From Candidatus Micrarchaeota archaeon (GTDB lineage Archaea; Micrarchaeota; Micrarchaeia; Anstonellales; Bilamarchaeaceae): a stretch of 64,000 nucleotides of DNA. Below the pieces are notes generated by a model. It worked only from the letters and a program-made list of their open reading frames with translations. It ran no database searches and was not told where the DNA came from. The stretch is from assembly GCA_038046805.1 (NCBI GenBank), contig JBBSVO010000006.1, positions 132,452 through 196,451 of the forward strand, read 5' to 3'. Of the stretch, positions 57,755-64,000 are shown in pieces. The translations under genes were made by a program, and so were the position numbers. The first letter of the stretch is position 1. The number at the start of each line of letters is the position of its first letter.

Positions 57755-59224
57755 ATGCAAATTGACAAACACTCCAAGTTCTCAGAATGGTATAATACGA
57801 TTACAAAGGATGCCGAGCTGTGCGACCTCAGATATAATCTTAAGGGCTTTATTGTTTTCATGCCATGGGCGGTCATGAGCATGAAGCGTATGTATTCCAT
57901 TTACGAGCGCGAACTCGAAGCACACGGGCACGTTCCTGCATTGTTTCCAGCACTTATCCCCGAGAGCAATTTTAAGGGGGAAAAGGAGCATGTTGAAGGA
58001 TTTATTCCGGAAGTGTTTTGGGTTACCGAAGCAGGCAGGGAAAAACTTGAGGAAAGATATGCGATGAGGCCGACAAGTGAAACTGCCATGTACCCGATGT
58101 ATTCTCTCTGGATTCAGGGTTTGAAAGATTTGCCTCTCAAAATCTATCAGAGCTGTCAGGTGTGGAGACACGAAACCAAAGCCACAAGACCATTCATTCG
58201 TTCGCGTGAGTTCTGGTGGATCGAAGCACATGATGTTTTTGCTACTGAACAAGAAGCATTTGCACAGGTTAAAGAAGATATGGAAACTGCAGAGAAGATC
58301 ATTCACGGTGTGTTCGGAGTCCCATTTCTATTCTTCAAACGGCCGCAATGGGATAAGTTCGCAGGAGCAGATGATACTTATGCAGCAGACTGCATAATGC
58401 CGGATGGCCGTGCCCTTCAGTTGCCTTCAACACATATGCTTGGTCAGCATTTTTCAAAGGCTTTTGGCGTAAAATATATGGATGCTGAGGGGAAGGAACA
58501 GTATGGATGGCAGACGTGTTACGGTCCATGCATTTCAAGAATTTATGCTGCAGTAATCTCAGTTCACGGGGATGATAAAGGTCTTATTCTTCCGTTTGAA
58601 CTTGCCCCAGTCCAGGTCGTAATCGTTCCGATTTACAAGGGTGAAAACAAAAAAATCGTTGATTCCGAGTGCGGAAAAATTGAAAAAATATTGCGGGAAA
58701 GCGGAATAAAAGTGAAGTTCGACAATTCCGAGAACACGCCTGGCTTCAAGTTCAATCATTGGGAAATGAAAGGGGTTCCGCTTCGTGTTGATATAGGTGA
58801 GCGGGACATTTCAAACAAAAGCGTAGTTGTAGTGCGTCGCGATAACCGTGAAAAATCATTCGTGAAAGTTGCGGAACTTATTGAAAAAATAAACAAATCT
58901 GCAAAAGATGTTTCAAATTCCATCAGGGAAAAAGCCGATCAATGGTTCAAAGGCAAGGTCAATTCTGCAACAACTATGAAAGAGCTATCAAATATCCTCG
59001 AAACAACTGGTGGATTTGTACGTGTTCCGTTCTGCACTGATGAAATGGAAGGAGAAAAATGTGCGGATAAGATAAAGGAGGAAACCCATGCGAACATGCG
59101 CGGTTCTCTTTTTGAAGGAAGAGAAATCGGAAAAGAAGGAAAAGAAAAGCCAAAAGAATCCGAGAAATGCATCGCGTGCGGGAAAAAGGCGAAAATCTAT
59201 TTGTATGCGGCGAGACAATACTAA
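57755..59224 (+). CDS. proS: Proline--tRNA ligase (archaeal/eukaryotic type)
   Basis: FSEWY, RPTSET, WRHETKATRPFIRSREF, HGDDKGL, WEMKGVPLR, C-terminal ARQY; start revised to ATG 57755. Confidence 0.97.
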   Translation: MQIDKHSKFSEWYNTITKDAELCDLRYNLKGFIVFMPWAVMSMKRMYSIYERELEAHGHVPALFPALIPESNFKGEKEHVEGFIPEVFWVTEAGREKLEERYAMRPTSETAMYPMYSLWIQGLKDLPLKIYQSCQVWRHETKATRPFIRSREFWWIEAHDVFATEQEAFAQVKEDMETAEKIIHGVFGVPFLFFKRPQWDKFAGADDTYAADCIMPDGRALQLPSTHMLGQHFSKAFGVKYMDAEGKEQYGWQTCYGPCISRIYAAVISVHGDDKGLILPFELAPVQVVIVPIYKGENKKIVDSECGKIEKILRESGIKVKFDNSENTPGFKFNHWEMKGVPLRVDIGERDISNKSVVVVRRDNREKSFVKVAELIEKINKSAKDVSNSIREKADQWFKGKVNSATTMKELSNILETTGGFVRVPFCTDEMEGEKCADKIKEETHANMRGSLFEGREIGKEGKEKPKESEKCIACGKKAKIYLYAARQY

Positions 59225-59261
59225 TTTTTATTTTGTTGTGCCGCAATAACCTCTTTACATT

Positions 59262-59394
59262 AGCCCCGTCGTCTAGAGTGTCCCGTGTCTTGAGTCCAGC
59301 GTCCAGAATACGGAACGTTAAACGGGAGACAGACTTTGGTCAAGGATAGTGGACTTTGGATCCATTGACACCGGTTCGAATCCGGCCGGGGCTA
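59262..59394 (+). tRNA. tRNA-Gln(UUG) with 60-nt BHB intron at 15/16 (59277-59336)
   Basis: AGCCCCG/CGGGGCT acceptor; GTGGA-CTTTGGA-TCCAT; BHB with GTCT/AGAC helix and AG^A, TT^T bulges restores GTCTAGTGGTCAAGGAT. Confidence 0.92.
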
Positions 59395-59446
59395 TATAAT
59401 TTTTTTCAGTTTCCGGTCTCGGGTCTCGAGTTCCGGTTATATTTTT

Positions 59447-59539
59447 GGGCCCGTGGTCGATACGTTTGCAAAAACGCGACAGCGGTAAGACGCTACTCTC
59501 ACACAGTAGAGACACGGGGTTCAATTCCTCGCGGGCCCA
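59447..59539 (+). tRNA. tRNA-Val(CAC) with 21-nt intron at 15/16 (59462-59482)
   Basis: GGGCCCG/CGGGCCC acceptor; CTACT-CTCACAC-AGTAG; GTCG/CGAC helix with AT^A and AG^C bulges, intron stem CGTTT/AAACG. Confidence 0.88.
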
Positions 59540-59650
59540 ATTTTTCCTTTGTATTGCGTTTAGTGTCTTTGGTTTTAACTCTTGAAAAATTGGGAAGAAG
59601 TAAAATTTCAGCAGAAATTTTATAACAGCTCATTTTTCTATTTATCTGCT

Positions 59651-61795
59651 TTAAGCAGCCAGGGCAGTTATTCTATCAGCTATTCTTTCGGCATTTGTAT
59701 TCCTACATATGACAAATGGAATTCCCCTGCTTCTGCATATCGATGTTGCGCTTCCGGATGCGTTGTGGCCGATATGAGTTACTACTATCACAACTGTGTC
59801 GTTCTCCCCAATCGCAGCGGCAATCGCGCTGGGTTTTACATAACTTCCGTCTATAACTCTTACTTCCTTTCCAGTTCTTTCAGCCAATGTGTCTTGGATA
59901 TTTGTCATGATGTTGCCACCACAAATCACGATAATTCTTCCAACGCTTGTTTGCACAGCAACACCTTTTTCATCAATATAATTTTGCATTATTTCTATAA
60001 TAGTTCTTTCTCGGGTTTCTGCGTTGTGTTCCCGAGATCCTGCTACTGCATTAATCCAATCCAGAATCTCTTTTTCATCGGCTGCAATCAACCTGACGAG
60101 TTCTGCAAACGTCCTGCGTGCATTGTCTGATGCAAAGATTGTTTTAAGTGAAAAATCACTAAGTCCTGCAGTTATTCCTGCAATTCTTGCAAGAGCATCT
60201 ACACCATGCTCCCTGAGACTGCTGAATCTGGTTGGCCTGACGCCATTTCGTTCAAGTCGTACGTATACTCCTCTGAATAATCTTACTTGGTCATCTTCTA
60301 TATCTGGAAATGCCCTTTTTACCAGGGCTTCAATCCCAAGTTCTTCCTCACGTTTTTTCCCTTCCTTTCGCCTATCTATTATTTCTATAGCATTTTCTAA
60401 TTCCCCATATTCCATTGCTTGCAATGTTGCTTTTGCAATTTCCCTATCTTCCGCATTTCCAGTAAGGAACAGAGCAAGATCTTTCCATCTTTCGGATATG
60501 AAAATTATCGAGGCAGCCCTTATGATTTGGGCAAGCTCTGTAATATGTACGCTTGGTTCTATCTGTTTTAGTAGACTATGGAATGTTGCGTTTCCTGAGT
60601 TATTTACTGTCTCTTCAGCAATCTCCAGGATATATGCGAGAAAATCAGAACGACTTACCATTCTTTTTGGCTCAGTAAGTCTCTTATATAACTCCAGGTA
60701 CTCCGGGGTTGTTTCAATTTTTTTCAATATTTTTATCGCGGTTTGCACAGTTAACCCTCCAACCAATTCAAAGGCGCAAGATTCCTTTTTTACCGCAAAC
60801 ACATCAAGTAATCCCGTGAGTTCCTTTAGTTCTTCAAATCTCCTGGGGGTTATCCATCTTTGATTTTCCATAACTGCTCTTGCAGTTCTATCAGTTTTTA
60901 TTCCTCTTACAATTTCAGCAGCTTCGTCCAGCACTTGCGTGTCAAAGAAAAGGAGATATGGGCAAAGTCCTGCTTCGCTTGCAAGCATGCTCTTTCCCAA
61001 CACCGTGTCCATTCTTTGCTCGTACATTGCGTGTACATTTGCGCTTTTTTTCGCGTGGGTATAACAGATTGCCTTGAAACATGCAGTCTTTGTCCATTCT
61101 TTTTCAGAAATGAATTCCTTTGCAATTCCTAAAAATCTATCAATAAATGTCCGGATGTGGGTGCGGACTTCTTCATCCATGTAGCATCTTATTCCACTCA
61201 TATATTCTCTTAGTGCACATTTTCCAACATTAAGCATGTGTTCCATATTTCCTGGATCAAGGATTGCACGTATGTCATCTCTCAAACTGGGGCTTATTGC
61301 TACGCCTAAATTGCAGCTGGTTCCTTCCAAACCATCTATCGCTCTCAATGTTTCTATGATTCTGCTATATCTTTCACTTGCGCCTTTGTCTAAATCGTCA
61401 TATCCTAGTGTTACGGTTTCCTCCAGTCTTTGTGTAATGCGTTCAGTTGCAGGCCCTGCGATTTCATCAAGTGCTCTATCTAGTTTTGCAAAACTTTCCT
61501 CCAATTTAGCAATAACCCGTTTTTGGTTTCCTTCAGAATTCGCCATCAAATCTATAATCCCCAAATATGTAGTATCCATTTCATGTATCCTTGTATCAAA
61601 AAGTTCTTGTCCTTTTACCAGATCCTCTGCTTCTAACCCCAAGCTATTCAGTACGTCTCGCTTATTTTGGAGAAATAATTGTCTTAGCTCTTCTCCAAGT
61701 TGTCTTAGTCTTTCACGTTCCGGGGTGTGGAAATTAGGTCCACCCACACTTCGTATTCTTGCAGCTGGCGGAATCCTGAGCATTAGCTTTGGCAT
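59651..61795 (-). CDS. Large helical protein with C-terminal DUF2325-like domain
   Basis: IIVICGG...VVIVVTHIGHNAS......CRSRGIPFV. Confidence 0.72.
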   Translation of the reverse strand: MPKLMLRIPPAARIRSVGGPNFHTPERERLRQLGEELRQLFLQNKRDVLNSLGLEAEDLVKGQELFDTRIHEMDTTYLGIIDLMANSEGNQKRVIAKLEESFAKLDRALDEIAGPATERITQRLEETVTLGYDDLDKGASERYSRIIETLRAIDGLEGTSCNLGVAISPSLRDDIRAILDPGNMEHMLNVGKCALREYMSGIRCYMDEEVRTHIRTFIDRFLGIAKEFISEKEWTKTACFKAICYTHAKKSANVHAMYEQRMDTVLGKSMLASEAGLCPYLLFFDTQVLDEAAEIVRGIKTDRTARAVMENQRWITPRRFEELKELTGLLDVFAVKKESCAFELVGGLTVQTAIKILKKIETTPEYLELYKRLTEPKRMVSRSDFLAYILEIAEETVNNSGNATFHSLLKQIEPSVHITELAQIIRAASIIFISERWKDLALFLTGNAEDREIAKATLQAMEYGELENAIEIIDRRKEGKKREEELGIEALVKRAFPDIEDDQVRLFRGVYVRLERNGVRPTRFSSLREHGVDALARIAGITAGLSDFSLKTIFASDNARRTFAELVRLIAADEKEILDWINAVAGSREHNAETRERTIIEIMQNYIDEKGVAVQTSVGRIIVICGGNIMTNIQDTLAERTGKEVRVIDGSYVKPSAIAAAIGENDTVVIVVTHIGHNASGSATSICRSRGIPFVICRNTNAERIADRITALAA

Positions 61796-61860
61796 AATTT
61801 TTATTTGGACAGAAGAGTATATAAATTGTAACTTAGATGATTTCTTAAGGCCATATTTCT

Positions 61861-62403
61861 ATGTCTGCCATTATGAAGCTGAGAGGAAATCTTCCAAGAG
61901 TTGCGCTTACGGCGGGTTCAATTGTTGCAGCGATAGCATTATCTAAATGTGAACCCGATACGACTATTATCCGATACCAACCGGATTCAGGAGCAGCGGC
62001 AGAAGAAACTGTCTCAAGAGTGGCGAGAGTAAATTCTGTTTTTGAAGGAAAACCTTGTAGTACCATATCGGATATGGCCCTCACTAAAGACGCCCCCCAA
62101 AAGTTATCATCGGAAATTTCAATTAATTTAAATGATGCAATACTTGAGGGTGGGAAGCCAGTTGCGTTTCTAACTATATCTGGTCAAGGCCAGAATACAC
62201 TTGACACGGAAAATGATTCGCGTGGCGTATACACTATACATTGGAGTTCTATGGTTAATTTGAAAATGAGTAAAGGTAGTTTTGAGCAAATTACTATGGG
62301 GCAGAAGGGGGAATTGTTAATTTCTCTTAGCGTAGGTGCGATTTCTGTTGGTGGGCAATCTTCCTCGCTATTGTTGGATGCTTCGATTTGCAGGAATTAT
62401 TGA
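61861..62403 (+). CDS. Secreted or lipoprotein-like hypothetical protein
   Basis: Hydrophobic N-terminus ending ALSKC; beta-rich body. Confidence 0.6.
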   Translation: MSAIMKLRGNLPRVALTAGSIVAAIALSKCEPDTTIIRYQPDSGAAAEETVSRVARVNSVFEGKPCSTISDMALTKDAPQKLSSEISINLNDAILEGGKPVAFLTISGQGQNTLDTENDSRGVYTIHWSSMVNLKMSKGSFEQITMGQKGELLISLSVGAISVGGQSSSLLLDASICRNY

Positions 62404-62503
62404 ATATAATTTGCATGCGACAGGGAACGGGGATTCGCATGGTGGAGAATACGGGATTTTGAATTGAGATCGTTCTAAAACTTCTCCTTCATAATCATAT
62501 TTT

Positions 62504-63097
62504 ATGGATCGCAGGATAATCTCGCTCTACAAAAAACTCCTCTCTCAATTCGGCCCCAAGAAATGGTGGCCCGCTAATTCAGATTACGAAGTAGTCATAG
62601 GTGCAATCCTCACCCAGAACACGAATTGGAAGAATGTTGAGAAAGCAATCTCGAATTTACGTGCGGCAAAAAAACTTAACGAGAAATCGATACTCAAGAT
62701 GCAAGACGCGGAACTCGAAACACTAATCCGTCCAAGCGGATTTTACAAACAAAAAGCTGAGCGGCTCAAACTTGCGACAAGGAAATGGATGGAGTTGAAG
62801 GATAGCCGAGACTTGACTTTGGAAGAACTCCGCACTGAACTTCTATCAGTAAAAGGAATCGGAAAAGAAACTGCGGACAGCATTATCCTATATGCATTCC
62901 ACAGGCCAATCTTTGTAATTGACGCATACACGCGGCGGTTCTGCAAGGAATTTTTCGATGTTGAATTCCGAGACCGGGACTACGACGAATACCGCAAATT
63001 CTTTGAATCCGCATTGCCGAACGATGTCGCGTTGTTCAAGGAATACCATGCGCTGATTGTGGAATGGGGGAAGCAAAATAACAAGCTTCACCTCTAG
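62504..63097 (+). CDS. Endonuclease III-related HhH-GPD protein (no Fe-S cluster)
   Basis: WWP, GAILTQNTNWKNVEKA, PSGFYKQKA, LLSVKGIGKETADSI, VIDAYTRR, EYHALIV. Confidence 0.92.
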   Translation: MDRRIISLYKKLLSQFGPKKWWPANSDYEVVIGAILTQNTNWKNVEKAISNLRAAKKLNEKSILKMQDAELETLIRPSGFYKQKAERLKLATRKWMELKDSRDLTLEELRTELLSVKGIGKETADSIILYAFHRPIFVIDAYTRRFCKEFFDVEFRDRDYDEYRKFFESALPNDVALFKEYHALIVEWGKQNNKLHL

Positions 63098-63144
63098 CGT
63101 AAACATTTATAAATCCTTATTACACATAGTTATATGTGAATACC

Positions 63145-63372
63145 ATGGTAAATGTAACAATTGCAGTCCCAGAGGAATTGAAGAAGCTGTTAGATGCCCA
63201 TGCCGAAATAAATTGGAGCGAAGTTGCCAGGCAGGCATGGTGGAAGAAGGCAAGAGAGCTGGAACTTCTGAACAAATTAACCAGGGAAACCAATGCCAGC
63301 GATAAAGACGTGCTCGCACTTGCAAAATTGATAAAAAAAGGAATCGCAGACTGGCATGGTGCACAGATGTAA
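63145..63372 (+). CDS. RHH antitoxin
   Basis: MVNVTIAVPEELKK....EINWSEVARQA. Confidence 0.85.
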   Translation: MVNVTIAVPEELKKLLDAHAEINWSEVARQAWWKKARELELLNKLTRETNASDKDVLALAKLIKKGIADWHGAQM

Positions 63373-63386
63373 TCTCAGGTATTTTC

Positions 63387-63800
63387 ATGGAACTTGTTGT
63401 CGACACCAGCGTAGTCGTTGCAGCCATACTTAAGAGCGGGACAACACGCAATCTTCTTTTCAACTCTTTTGTGAAACTTTATTCTCCAGAACGGCTTGAG
63501 GCAGAACTTTTTAAGAACAAGGAAAAGTTTAAGGAGTATGCGAATCTTACAGATGACGAATTCAATAATGCAGTTGAACTTGTGCTGAAACAGATTGAGA
63601 TAATTCCGTTTGAGGAATATCGTGAAAAAGAACCAGAAGCAAAATCGGCATGCAGAAGAGACGAAAGCGATTGGACGTTTGTTGCGCTTGCATTAAGGCT
63701 GAATATTGCGATATGGTCTAACGACCCGGATTTACTGGAGGGTCAGAATAAAGTAAAGGTGTTATCTACTTCTGATTTGTTAAGGATTCTCACTGGATAA
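63387..63800 (+). CDS. PIN domain toxin (VapC-like)
   Basis: LVVDTSVVVAA, E, D.SDWTFVALA, IWSND. Confidence 0.9.
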   Translation: MELVVDTSVVVAAILKSGTTRNLLFNSFVKLYSPERLEAELFKNKEKFKEYANLTDDEFNNAVELVLKQIEIIPFEEYREKEPEAKSACRRDESDWTFVALALRLNIAIWSNDPDLLEGQNKVKVLSTSDLLRILTG

Positions 63801-63848
63801 TTTTACGAATATCACGCGCTGATTGTGGAATGGGGGGAGAGCCAGATG

Positions 63849-64000
63849 CTACATCTCGCGTAGCTCTTCAATTTTTTTCCTTTTCCATTTCTTGAACTCC
63901 TGGAAATCCATGCCAAGATATTTTATGTCATTGTCACTGAAGTTTGCAATAACCGCCACGAGCTCTTTTTTGTAATCTTCATTTTCATCAAGTTTGTATT
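63849..64000 (-). CDS. C-terminal fragment of a gene running off the window
   Basis: Open frame ...YKLDENEDYKKELVAVIANFSDNDIKYLGMDFQEFKKWKRKKIEELREM*. Confidence 0.55.
   Translation of the reverse strand, partial: YKLDENEDYKKELVAVIANFSDNDIKYLGMDFQEFKKWKRKKIEELREM

Larger units (their letters stand above)
63041..63836. mobile_element. TA cassette bounded by 30-bp direct repeats of the endonuclease III gene 3' end
   Basis: GAATA(C/T)CA(T/C)GCGCTGATTGTGGAATGGGGG at 63041-63070 and 63807-63836. Confidence 0.75.

Noticed and set aside
60024..60863. Long antisense ORFs (also 15902-16726, 28047-28715, 61236-61946)
   Set aside because: Shadow frames of real opposite-strand genes, with Ser/Ile/Phe-rich antisense composition

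Overview
Gene-dense archaeal chromosome segment. PolD DP1/DP2, LonB, Csl4, Rpo11, eS1, NAC, Sec61beta and BHB-intron tRNAs make it archaeal. The orphan-rich content suggests a DPANN lineage, probably Micrarchaeota-like (inference). Housekeeping genes are interspersed with large orphan or secreted proteins, an AmmeMemoRadiSam operon and three toxin-antitoxin pairs. Most notable: (1) A modular palindromic mini-element bounded by TCAT, with IS200/IS605-end-like hairpins. One copy sits in-frame (41 codons) in the catalytic domain of an M24 peptidase, a longer copy sits next to attR of an island, and a related folded element lies between DP1 and DP2. (2) A tyrosine-integrase island at tRNA-Leu whose att sites read attL - 3.8 kb element - attP-like junction - 80-bp empty mini-element - attR. 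(3) A PIN/RHH TA cassette flanked by a duplicated 3' end of the endonuclease III gene. (4) Two tRNAs with BHB introns at the non-canonical 15/16 position, one with a predicted U15-A48 pair. (5) A surface protein with 21 back-to-back N-glycosylation sequons. Three orphan genes are each one base short at a homopolymer, which may be assembly error. All calls come from motif recognition by eye; no database searches were run.
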